Below are positions 21,820 to 30,732 of a stretch of DNA of 64,000 nucleotides, in pieces; within the stretch, counting starts at the first letter, position 1; each line of letters starts with the position of its first letter. The position numbers were made by a program, and so were the translations under genes. The notes under the pieces are model-generated. The model saw only the letters and a list, made by a program, of their open reading frames with translations. It made no database searches and was not told where the DNA came from. The DNA is taken from contig CBDDEL010000015.1 in NCBI GenBank assembly GCA_965226885.1, forward strand, positions 352,001-416,000, given 5' to 3'. The stretch comes from Opitutales bacterium. GTDB taxonomy: Bacteria; Verrucomicrobiota; Verrucomicrobiia; Opitutales; UBA2987.

Positions 21820-22560
21820 CTATACATCATTTTTAAAGTCGTGGACGATTTCCCCAAACCCATCGGTGTGGTCTTTTTCCAGGTAGTAGGCTCCATAATA
21901 TTCAAGCGGTGTGAAATCGAATAGATTGTAGGCGGCCGATGGATTGAACTGCACAACGCCATCTCCTGCCATGCAAATATGGACGGTTACGTCGCTTTGC
22001 ACGTTGGTGTTATCGATAAGCTGCATAACATCGACACCATTCCCGTCGGCTCGCGGGATAACCTTTAGCATCCAGATCGGTTGCAATGCAGGAATTTCAC
22101 TTACATTCGATTCCTTATGCATTGTCGATCGAATGCTCATCACCGCGGTTCCGCTTAAATTGGCTTCGGTATGCATCACGCGTTCCGCCATGCCTACATT
22201 TACATCAGCATAAACTTTGGGAGTGCCATAAATTTCACGTCCCGCCGGTATGCTGCATTGCGTATTGAGAAAAGACACAATACAGAAATAGCCGACTTTG
22301 CCCTGGAATTTGCATTCGACAAACAGGTTGCAGGCTTCAAATTTTCCATAATGGGCCGACCACTCGACATAAATACCGATGGCGATGCACAAACCACTAT
22401 CGGAAAGCTCAAAACAGGCAGGCAACACCCGATCGATAGCCCGTGAATCCGCACGGAAAAAAACTAACTGCGATTTGTTGTTTCGATACCGTGCGGGAGG
22501 CCTTGGAAAATAGGGCGAAAAGGCCGGAATCGCCTCGATCTTATCCATAGGTATAGTCAT
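21820..22560 (-). CDS. Acetoacetate decarboxylase-like family protein
   Basis: GREIYGTPK motif, LKVIP, C-terminal IVHDF; paralog of the adjacent gene. Confidence 0.85.
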   Translation of the reverse strand: MTIPMDKIEAIPAFSPYFPRPPARYRNNKSQLVFFRADSRAIDRVLPACFELSDSGLCIAIGIYVEWSAHYGKFEACNLFVECKFQGKVGYFCIVSFLNTQCSIPAGREIYGTPKVYADVNVGMAERVMHTEANLSGTAVMSIRSTMHKESNVSEIPALQPIWMLKVIPRADGNGVDVMQLIDNTNVQSDVTVHICMAGDGVVQFNPSAAYNLFDFTPLEYYGAYYLEKDHTDGFGEIVHDFKNDV

Positions 22561-22596
22561 AAAATTAAGTCTCCGATTAGATTTTTATTGGACCAA

Positions 22597-23910
22597 TTAT
22601 TCATAGCCGCACCAGTCCATCGCGGCAAGGGCGAAGGTCTTGGTGGCGGTTATTAATTCCTCGATAGTTACATATTCATCAACGGCATGGGCTTGCAGCA
22701 AATTGCCAGGCCCGTAAATCACCGATGGGGTTCCCGATATATTGAGAAACGCCGCATCGCAAACCGCCGCAAATCCTTGAATTAAATCGCGATCATCCAC
22801 TGACTTTGGACTTATAGCCAACTGGTGCGCATCGACACAAGTCCGCACGATCGGGTGGTTCGTGGGAACCTCTGCCGGCGGCCAATGGAGATTGAAACTA
22901 ATTTCAGGAGGGTTTTCACACAGCCAAGGGTCCACTTGACAGGCTTTCTCAATGTACTCCGATATCTCTTTCTTGATATCTTCCTCATCCTCTTGCGGAG
23001 GATACCAAACGGCGTATTCAATGGTGCAAAATTCAGATATCAAAAAAGGGATCAAAACGCCATTGGGCCCACCCGTAATCACGCCAGGATGAAGAGTAAA
23101 ATGTCCGGGCCGGAAAAGCGGATGCTTCTTGCTTTGGCCCCACTGATCTTCAAGTCCACGCAGGGCATTCATAATGAAAACACCTTTCTCAATGGCGTTG
23201 ACGGCGATTTCCGAACCTTTGCCTCCGGCTCGAATCATTTCATTTCTCATGGATGCATGACTGGATTTTCCACGGCACGTTATGGTAAACCAAATCAGCC
23301 CCGAGGTAACTGGCATAACCGCCAAAGGCTGTTGGGCAGCGGTAGGCTCGGAGACAATGGCACCGTCGGCTTTGTATTTCTCACAAACTGCGGAAACGCC
23401 AACCTCATGACTCATTGTTTCTTCGCCTACGACGCTTTCCAGAATAACGTCCCCCTTTAACGTGAGGCCGCAGCGTAGAACCGCTTCGATGCCTTTAAGC
23501 TGGGAAACGAGTCCGCCCTTCATATCACATGAGCCCCGTCCATGAAGTTTGCCATCTTCGATTTTTCCGCTGAAAGGATCGTTATATTTCCAATCGGAAT
23601 GCTTGCCCACGGGCACAACGTCGATATGTCCGTTGTAGATAAGGGAACGCCCTTCTCCGGTTCCATTCAACACCCCTACTAAGTTAGAACGGCCTTTCTC
23701 TGCTTCAATAAATTCAATTCCGCATCCGATTTCTTTATACGCCTCGGCCAATCTTTTGTTGCACTCCGTTTCGCCGCCTACCTCCTTGTCGTAATCCATC
23801 CCCGGGTATTTTGGATTAACGCTAGGCATTCGCACCAACTCTGCCGTCAGGGAAACGATTTCATCCCTCATCTTTTCAACGGCATCCAGAACATTTTTTT
23901 TCTTATCCAT
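22597..23910 (-). CDS. ArgE/DapE-family M20 deacylase
   Basis: NGHIDVVP, GRGSCDMKGG, VGEET, SEPT, AHAVDE metal-ligand motifs all intact. Confidence 0.9.
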   Translation of the reverse strand: MDKKKNVLDAVEKMRDEIVSLTAELVRMPSVNPKYPGMDYDKEVGGETECNKRLAEAYKEIGCGIEFIEAEKGRSNLVGVLNGTGEGRSLIYNGHIDVVPVGKHSDWKYNDPFSGKIEDGKLHGRGSCDMKGGLVSQLKGIEAVLRCGLTLKGDVILESVVGEETMSHEVGVSAVCEKYKADGAIVSEPTAAQQPLAVMPVTSGLIWFTITCRGKSSHASMRNEMIRAGGKGSEIAVNAIEKGVFIMNALRGLEDQWGQSKKHPLFRPGHFTLHPGVITGGPNGVLIPFLISEFCTIEYAVWYPPQEDEEDIKKEISEYIEKACQVDPWLCENPPEISFNLHWPPAEVPTNHPIVRTCVDAHQLAISPKSVDDRDLIQGFAAVCDAAFLNISGTPSVIYGPGNLLQAHAVDEYVTIEELITATKTFALAAMDWCGYE

Positions 23911-24001
23911 AATCAAACATCAAACCTTTCATTAAGTTATATTAATAGCGAGACAAAATTATTTATTTAAGTTGATCTCGATGTTGCATACAGCACGCTC
24001 G

Positions 24002-25105
24002 CTACAGCTCAATTTGCTCCAGGGTAAATTTTTCGAGCAGTTCCTCATCGGGTCTCACTCCAATTCCTGGATCATCCGAGGCTTTGAACTGGGAAGGCGC
24101 TGAATGCTCATTGGGGAGGATGGTTAAATCCTGTTTGTAAAATCTGGAGGTAGGGAAGATATCCGATGGATATTTCATATTAGGAAGTGTGGCCAAAGCT
24201 ATACAATGGGAAGCGCCGATGGCGGATTCAAGCATTCCGCCCACCCAGCATGGGATTTGATTTTTTTCACACAGTTGTCGAATTTCGAGAGCGTTGGTTA
24301 TTCCCCCGACCCTTCCCGGTTTTATGTTCACCCAACGGCAAGCCCCAATTTCAATAGCCTTGCGAGCCTTGGCCGCAGAGGTAATGCTTTCATCTAGGCA
24401 GATCGGCGTTTTCAGTTGGCTTTGCAGGGCCGCATGGTCGATCAAGTCATCATAAGCCAAAGGTTGTTCAATCATGGCTAATTGAAGGTTGTCCAGTTCC
24501 TTGAACATTTCCAGATCATCTAACGTATAACCACTGTTGCAATCGATATGGAAGATTGTATCCGGAAATTCAGACCGGACCGCTTTGATCATTTCCAGGT
24601 CCCATCCAGGACGATATTTCAATTTAACACGTTTATAGCCCTGTGTATTTGCCTCGAAAATTGCTTTAATCAATTGGGGGATGCTATCCATGGCGCCAAA
24701 ATCCGCTCCCGCCTCCACGACGGGACTGCGGCCGCCCAGGATTTTCCACAAAGGCTGGTTTTGCTCCCGACTGTAAAGATCCCACCAAGCCAGGTCGAAA
24801 GCTCCTTTGGCAAAAAAATTTCCCTTGATATGCTTGAGCCGGTCTTGCAACGCTTTCCCGCTGGTAATCTCCTGGTGCAGCAACAAGGGCGCGATAATGT
24901 CCCGGGAAACGATAAATTGGGTAGCGGCGCATTCAGAACTATACGCGGGAACACTGAAGCATGTTCCCTCCCCCCAACCCGGATTGCCACCACCTGAAAG
25001 TCTTATCAAAATCGATTCTATAACCTCGTCATTCCCATAGGCGGTTCTAAACGGATAAACCAAGGGTAGGGCAACCCTCACGATTTTAATGGTTTCAATT
25101 TTCAT
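24002..25105 (-). CDS. menC: o-Succinylbenzoate synthase / N-succinylamino acid racemase (NSAR/OSBS subfamily)
   Basis: PFRTAYG, KLK, IDCN, IEQP, LDES, NIKPGRVGG, GGMLES; no other men genes in the window. Confidence 0.8.
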   Translation of the reverse strand: MKIETIKIVRVALPLVYPFRTAYGNDEVIESILIRLSGGGNPGWGEGTCFSVPAYSSECAATQFIVSRDIIAPLLLHQEITSGKALQDRLKHIKGNFFAKGAFDLAWWDLYSREQNQPLWKILGGRSPVVEAGADFGAMDSIPQLIKAIFEANTQGYKRVKLKYRPGWDLEMIKAVRSEFPDTIFHIDCNSGYTLDDLEMFKELDNLQLAMIEQPLAYDDLIDHAALQSQLKTPICLDESITSAAKARKAIEIGACRWVNIKPGRVGGITNALEIRQLCEKNQIPCWVGGMLESAIGASHCIALATLPNMKYPSDIFPTSRFYKQDLTILPNEHSAPSQFKASDDPGIGVRPDEELLEKFTLEQIEL

Positions 25106-25165
25106 TGCGTTTTTTGGTGGCTGGATGGATGCAATTCTGCGAATTCACACCCATCCCCATTATTA

Positions 25166-26341
25166 TTATTGATTAGGAAGCGTGAAGCTTTTTCCTTTAA
25201 GAACATTATCGTTGTCGTAGGCGCTTAAATATCCGTCCTCCCGATAGGCTCTATTATATTTCCGCATCTTCTCTCGATCGATTTCAAGACCGAGTCCGGG
25301 TTTGTTTTGAACTTTTATATGACCCAGTTCAATGACTTCCGGCTCGGTCACTATATCATCACAGAGGATATGATGATAAGTCAGATGGGCAAGGAAACAC
25401 ATTGAGCTCGAGCACAGGATCTGCATCGCGGCCCGGGTTGCGATAGTGAGGGGAGCAAAACTATGATAAACCAAAAGAAGCCCGGCCGCCTCACAAAGAG
25501 CCGCCGCTTTATAAAAACCGGATATGCCTCCGCTCTGCCAAGGGTCGGACATGATCACATCAGCGGCATCAATCTTCAGTATGTCGAGAATGTCCCAGTT
25601 CAGCCAACTGCTTTGGTTGGCCGCGATTGGCACCGGCGATCGCCGCCGTAACAGGGCCATTTCACTGAGCGCGCGCATGCGAATCGGCTGTTCGATATAC
25701 TGAAGATCAAGATTCGCCATGGCATGGGCCATGCGCAATGCGGTCCCCGGAGACCAGGCTTCATTCGCGTCCACACGGATCGGGACGTCGGGACCCGCTC
25801 CTTTGCGCAACGAACGGGCTGCTTCCAAATCTTTCTTTTCATCGATCCCAACCTTGGTGTAGAGAGTCTTGTAGCCCATCGAGACCATCTCGTGGGCCTC
25901 CCTTTCGATCTGCTCAGGTGTCGTGTTCTGGACGAATCCCATGATGGGAACTTGTTGCCGTATCGCCCCACCCAAGAGCACATGTACAGGTGCATTCAGC
26001 GATTTCCCAAGGATATCCCAACAAACGATTTCAATTCCAGCCATTGGCGCATTGCCCACATAGGGGAAACTGCACCATCCTCCTTGACTTAAAAGATCGA
26101 GCCAACGATGCACAATTTCACGAGGATCCCGGCCAATCAAGAGTGAGGAAGCTGCATTAATGGCCGCAATTGTGACTTCTGGGGTGGGAGCCGGAACCGA
26201 TTCTCCGATGCCTGAAATTCCGTCGTCTGTTTCGATTTCAACGATAACCGCAGTGACACCATGACGAATTCCCTGCGACCAGATTTCCGGCTCCCTGAAT
26301 AAAATGCTAACCGGGGTCGCGTTGACCGATGTGATTTTCAT
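25166..26341 (-). CDS. Enolase-superfamily (mandelate racemase/muconate lactonizing-like) enzyme
   Basis: GIGES, WDILGK, RVDANEAW, IEQP, PGLGLEID. Confidence 0.88.
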   Translation of the reverse strand: MKITSVNATPVSILFREPEIWSQGIRHGVTAVIVEIETDDGISGIGESVPAPTPEVTIAAINAASSLLIGRDPREIVHRWLDLLSQGGWCSFPYVGNAPMAGIEIVCWDILGKSLNAPVHVLLGGAIRQQVPIMGFVQNTTPEQIEREAHEMVSMGYKTLYTKVGIDEKKDLEAARSLRKGAGPDVPIRVDANEAWSPGTALRMAHAMANLDLQYIEQPIRMRALSEMALLRRRSPVPIAANQSSWLNWDILDILKIDAADVIMSDPWQSGGISGFYKAAALCEAAGLLLVYHSFAPLTIATRAAMQILCSSSMCFLAHLTYHHILCDDIVTEPEVIELGHIKVQNKPGLGLEIDREKMRKYNRAYREDGYLSAYDNDNVLKGKSFTLPNQ

Positions 26342-26363
26342 ATTTTAGGAATAAAAAGTAAAA

Positions 26364-27239
26364 TCACTCTAATTCCCAACGGCTCGGGTTGATTCCCGGC
26401 GCCTCGACCGGCATGTTGTCCGGCTTGTCCACCGCATCGAAAACCCATATTCGCTGATTGCGGTCTCCCATCAGGGCTTGCACTTCTGGCGGGCATTGGG
26501 CCACTTTTTCCGCTGGCCAGTTCTCGATTTCACTGGCGGGTCCCGCCCATGAGGGGCGATAGGCTATGGCCAACATCTCACGAGCCGAAGTTCCAATGTT
26601 AGGATAATTTCCGTGAATGACATTTTGATTGATGAGCACGGCATCGCCCGCTTTTGCCGTTATCATTACTTCCTCAGGATGCCGCTCATAGCGGAGGTAG
26701 GGATTGCCTTCGTTGTGAAAACTCAAGTGTGAACGCGGCACAACTCGAAAAGGTGAAATTTCAGGTGTCAGGTCATCCAGATAATATAGACAGCGGATCA
26801 GGCGGGGGCAACTGTATTCAAGTCCGAAAATTTTCGATCCCCAGGGTTGTCCGTCGCTGTGCAGGCTGATGCCCGGATGACCCGGCTCGGACCGGGCATA
26901 ATCATAGCCCATCATTACAATCCCCAGGCCGAAGAGCGCGTTGATGAACTTAATCATGGGCTGGTGGGCAATGAGGTCGGTCACCGCGCCACCGGCCCAC
27001 TGCACCTCCTTGTTTCCACGCTGTTTATCACTGTAGCTGACTGCTTTGGTCGCAAAGGTCGCGGTTTGCTCCTTCAGACGTTTGATAAGGTTCGCATCGA
27101 GCATTCCTGGCCTCACGAGATAACCTTCCACCTCGATATGTCTGATTTGTTGGCCGAGGGTCAAGTTGGGCCAGTCGGCATCCGGGGTGCGACGGGTGGA
27201 GATATCCGCCAGCGTCGGGTCAATCGTTGTATAAGTCAT
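26364..27239 (-). CDS. Phytanoyl-CoA dioxygenase (PhyH)-family Fe/2OG enzyme
   Basis: EGYLV, LHSD (HxD), VVPRSH, AGDAVL..HGNYPN..R. Confidence 0.85.
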   Translation of the reverse strand: MTYTTIDPTLADISTRRTPDADWPNLTLGQQIRHIEVEGYLVRPGMLDANLIKRLKEQTATFATKAVSYSDKQRGNKEVQWAGGAVTDLIAHQPMIKFINALFGLGIVMMGYDYARSEPGHPGISLHSDGQPWGSKIFGLEYSCPRLIRCLYYLDDLTPEISPFRVVPRSHLSFHNEGNPYLRYERHPEEVMITAKAGDAVLINQNVIHGNYPNIGTSAREMLAIAYRPSWAGPASEIENWPAEKVAQCPPEVQALMGDRNQRIWVFDAVDKPDNMPVEAPGINPSRWELE

Positions 27240-27351
27240 ATAGGTCCTTTCTATTTATTTCTAATAAATATTTTCGTGTAGTCTAAAATTTGATCAATGC
27301 CAATAATTTGATCAATGCCAATAAAACCCTTAACCAATAAAACCCTTAAAT

Positions 27352-27381
27352 AAAAAGCACGGACCGAAGTCCGTGCTTTTT
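27352..27381 (-). terminator. Intrinsic terminator, potentially bidirectional
   Basis: AAAAA GCACGGAC TTCG GTCCGTGC TTTTT on the minus strand: perfect stem, cUUCGg loop, A/T tracts on both sides. Confidence 0.85.
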
Positions 27382-27514
27382 TAAAGGCTCATACATCGCC
27401 TTAGGTTGCAACCCTGAACATTAGCCGCTACGGCCACTGAGGGGTTACCTCACAAACGGAAGAAGAAAGAGAACATCCGCTTAATCTATTAACCACACTG
27501 GAAGCTTAAGCTTA

Positions 27515-27609
27515 CTTTTTCTTTAATTTACATATATCAAGCAGGTTCTTTTTCTTTCAAGCAGGTTCTTTTTCTTTAATTTACATATCTACATATATCA
27601 AGCAGGTTC
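27515..27609. repeat. Nested tandem duplications
   Basis: 33-bp unit ctttttctttaatttacatatatcaagcaggtt repeated, with an internal 20-bp duplication (27538-27577) and a ~8-bp tacatat duplication. Confidence 0.85.
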
Positions 27610-27622
27610 CAAGAGATATTAA

Positions 27623-29950
27623 TTAGAACGTATAGGCCACAGAGAATTTGACGTGGCGGGGGTCCTCCGCGTGGCCCAGGGCCGCGAAGATTGAGGAGAT
27701 GGTACCCACAACATCGGTAAAATTATTGATATTTACTTGCAAGCGCAATTTACCGTTTTTGGTTACGTAAGAAACGAAAGCATCAGCTCTCGTATACCCT
27801 TCCGTGACAAAGGAGCTTCTAGTATCGCCGAAGCGGTCGGCGAGATTTACCACCGCCACTCCGGTTGTCAACCCTCTGAGACCTCCCTCCAAAAAGGTGT
27901 ATTTGGCAACACCCGACCAACGGAAGCCGTTTTGACCATTGCGCTGACGCCGGGTTTTGTCCTGGGTCTCTTCGTTGAAGCCTAAAGTTTCCTGGTCGGT
28001 CAAGGCCACCAGAAAAGTGAAATTGTCATTGAACCTCCAGGCCAGATCTATTTCCCACCCATCAGAGGTCGTGACGCCCTCCTGAACACTCTCGTCCAGC
28101 CCGGTCTCCTCATTGAAGATCCGGATCGGAGCATTAAGAACATCAAGTTTAAACCAGTTCGCGGTCATCAAAAGGGAGTTATCGAAAAACTGCAATTTGA
28201 CTCCAACCTCATTAATTTTGCCTTCCAGATTTTTAGCAGGAACGCCGGGTACAAGTTCGCCGAATCGACTCTCAAACGTTTCCGAACGGTTATAGTAGAT
28301 GGACACTTTATCATCGATTACCTGGCCCACGAAACCGAACTTAGACACCCAGTTGTTGGATTTGTTGCCACTGCTGGAGGCACCGGTCAAGAGTTCTGTG
28401 CTCCCGCCAGAATTACCAAAGTCATAGCGGACGCCGCCCGAGAAGACTAGACGGCCCTCGGCAAGAGTGATGTTATCCTGGACCCCAAAATTAAACCGAG
28501 TATTCCCATCACTCTCAGAGATGCTATGCGGCCCGCCGGGGGGAAAATCATAATAGTCGTTACTCTCTCCGAGAGGAAATGAATTCTGGGTGATGATACT
28601 GTAGGCATTGTCCAGATTCAGGTTTGCGTTGAGAGCAGAGCCGCCGAATTCCTCCTTGATCGTCACGTCGGTCCATGAGCTTTTGGAACGACCCTGGGTG
28701 AACTGGCTGTAAATCAGGAGGTTATGGGAAAGACCGCCAGTCTCAAAACGACCCGTGAGGTCCGTAAAGAGGCCCCAGGTTTTGTTGATGCTCGGCCCGC
28801 TTACCCGGGCAACAGCGTTGGACATCTTGATATCCGCATAGGCGGTCCCAAAATCCGCGAATTCCGGTTCCCCCGGGGTTGACCGGGTTCCGGTTGTTCC
28901 GAACACGCTTCCGTCGGCTCTCAGAAAGGAATAGCCGATAGCAATAATGTCGGCGGTGGGGTCGTTGTTTTCGCTCTCAATGTATCGCGTTACAAGGCGA
29001 AAATTCCAATCGCCGATCAATCCTGAAAATCGATTGGCAAAACCAAATTCGGCATAAAATTCATCGCGTTGTTCGTTATTGGGAACCGGAACAGTCGAAA
29101 TCGAACTTCCAGTAATATCTGTGGAAGGGCGGCCCGCACCGTCCCAAAACACACCCGGAGTTTCATGGCCGGTTTTAATATGTTTTTTAAACCCCCGTCC
29201 CCACATTCGGGTATTTCCATTTTCTGATTCGTACTGAAGCGTCGCATAAAAATTCTCCTTTTCATCAGCGGCGCCAGCGCCCTGGGTCACCTCGCCATCA
29301 CGAACGACGCCGATAAACCGATAGGTAAACTTCCCTTCCTTGTCGATGGGACCGCCATGATCGACCGAACCCTGAACGGTGTCGCCGATACTCGAATAGA
29401 GGAATTTTAGCGTGGTCTGCCGTTCTTTGGGGGGAGCTTTGAATATCCGGTTTACGAGGCCGCCGAAGGAATGGTCCCCGTAGAGTGTGCCGACCGGCCC
29501 TTTGATGATTTCATACCGTTCTATGAATTCCGTTTCCTGTTCGGTCTCTGGTCCGGGCAGGCCGTCCAGGAATGAGGAGTTGGAGCCACGCGTCGGAAAC
29601 CCGCGAATAAAAAATGTGCCGATGGTGACGGTGGAGGAGGGTCCTATGCCGGCGACATAGCGCAAGGCATCTTCGGAGTCAAAGGCGGCCACATCATCCA
29701 TTAACTCGTGGTTCACCGGAATGACGCTATGCGAAAGATCCAATAGATCGACGTTAAAGCGGGATCCCCCGGAGGTCACGTTGGTGCCATAACCGACTGT
29801 AGTAACTTCGGTTAGGACAAAGGGATCGAGTTCGATCATTTCTTCTTCGTCGATTTCCGTTCTCTCTGTCGTTTCCTGTCCAAAAAGGAATCCGGCGAGG
29901 AGACAATTAACAGCCAGTATCAGGCCAAGTTTCTTAAGCGATTTTTTCAT
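27623..29950 (-). CDS. TonB-dependent receptor
   Basis: Signal peptide from MKKSLKKLG; IELDPFVL; plug motifs DALRYVAG, IRGF, ERYEIIKGP..LYG..GGLVN; C-terminal NINNFTD..VAYTF. Confidence 0.92.
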   Translation of the reverse strand: MKKSLKKLGLILAVNCLLAGFLFGQETTERTEIDEEEMIELDPFVLTEVTTVGYGTNVTSGGSRFNVDLLDLSHSVIPVNHELMDDVAAFDSEDALRYVAGIGPSSTVTIGTFFIRGFPTRGSNSSFLDGLPGPETEQETEFIERYEIIKGPVGTLYGDHSFGGLVNRIFKAPPKERQTTLKFLYSSIGDTVQGSVDHGGPIDKEGKFTYRFIGVVRDGEVTQGAGAADEKENFYATLQYESENGNTRMWGRGFKKHIKTGHETPGVFWDGAGRPSTDITGSSISTVPVPNNEQRDEFYAEFGFANRFSGLIGDWNFRLVTRYIESENNDPTADIIAIGYSFLRADGSVFGTTGTRSTPGEPEFADFGTAYADIKMSNAVARVSGPSINKTWGLFTDLTGRFETGGLSHNLLIYSQFTQGRSKSSWTDVTIKEEFGGSALNANLNLDNAYSIITQNSFPLGESNDYYDFPPGGPHSISESDGNTRFNFGVQDNITLAEGRLVFSGGVRYDFGNSGGSTELLTGASSSGNKSNNWVSKFGFVGQVIDDKVSIYYNRSETFESRFGELVPGVPAKNLEGKINEVGVKLQFFDNSLLMTANWFKLDVLNAPIRIFNEETGLDESVQEGVTTSDGWEIDLAWRFNDNFTFLVALTDQETLGFNEETQDKTRRQRNGQNGFRWSGVAKYTFLEGGLRGLTTGVAVVNLADRFGDTRSSFVTEGYTRADAFVSYVTKNGKLRLQVNINNFTDVVGTISSIFAALGHAEDPRHVKFSVAYTF

Positions 29951-30332
29951 GAGTTTCTTCGTTTGGTTGTTAAATAAATATTTTAACTTAACTGGGGAAT
30001 GGGTTGGTCTGGGGAATGGGTTGGTCAACATTAATCTTATTCTAATATCGGATACAATGAGATACCTTTCCCATAGTAGGGAAGGAGTGAACCAAAGGGA
30101 AAATGGATTGCCAAAAAGAAATATCTGGTTAAATTTCTTTACCATCCTGGAGAAATTGGAGAAATAACCTTGGATTATTGGAAGAGAAAATCGCCTTCTG
30201 CTTATTAACCCATATTTTCCATTTCATCTTAAGAATATATGCTTGAAATAATCGATATGCTTGAAATAATCGCTATGTGATTAATAATAAGTTAGTTAAA
30301 TATACTTATATCGAGCAAATTCTTAAAATCCT

Positions 30333-30629
30333 ATGGGTGACGCAAAAAAGGGCAGTTTTCGGGTTCAATTTAACCGCCGAATCAAGCTGGAGCTCCACGG
30401 TGCGAAGGTTACCAGTGATGCAGGAATGTTACTCTACCGGGAACTCGATGAGGCTTTCGGACTGACGGCGATAGGAAGCGAAAATGTGGTGGAGGAGCGC
30501 ACGGGCAAAAATATCCAGCACGGCAGAGCCGCTCTGCTTCGGCAGTCTGTCTTCAGTCGCCTGGCAACCTACAAGACACGAACGATGCGGAACGCCTGCG
30601 GTTTGATCCCGTCATGAGGCAAATTGTCG
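30333..30629 (+). pseudogene. IS1380-family transposase relic (5' fragment)
   Basis: KVTSDAGMLLYRELDE..LLRQSVFSRLA; after a 1-nt shift DTNDAERLRFDPVMRQIV, then truncated; clearly diverged from the intact IS1380. Confidence 0.85.
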
Positions 30630-30732
30630 AGGCGGGGGTGTGAAAATTTCATAATTTCGAGATTATTGACATTTAAGTCATTTTCGAGATTATTGACATT
30701 TAAGTCATTTTATTGCTATTTCATAAAGTCCA

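Noticed and set aside
24002..25105. Menaquinone biosynthesis locus
   Set aside because: No menB/D/E/F/H nearby; the context with an M20 deacylase favours a racemase role
27395..27460. tRNA or known riboswitch (fluoride, c-di-GMP)
   Set aside because: Cloverleaf-like but lacks the TTCRA T-loop, a 7-nt anticodon loop and CCA; only isolated words resemble riboswitch consensus
29951..30145. 65-aa N-terminal extension of the TonB receptor in the ORF track
   Set aside because: AT-rich upstream DNA containing a 17-bp duplication; a normal signal peptide starts at 29950
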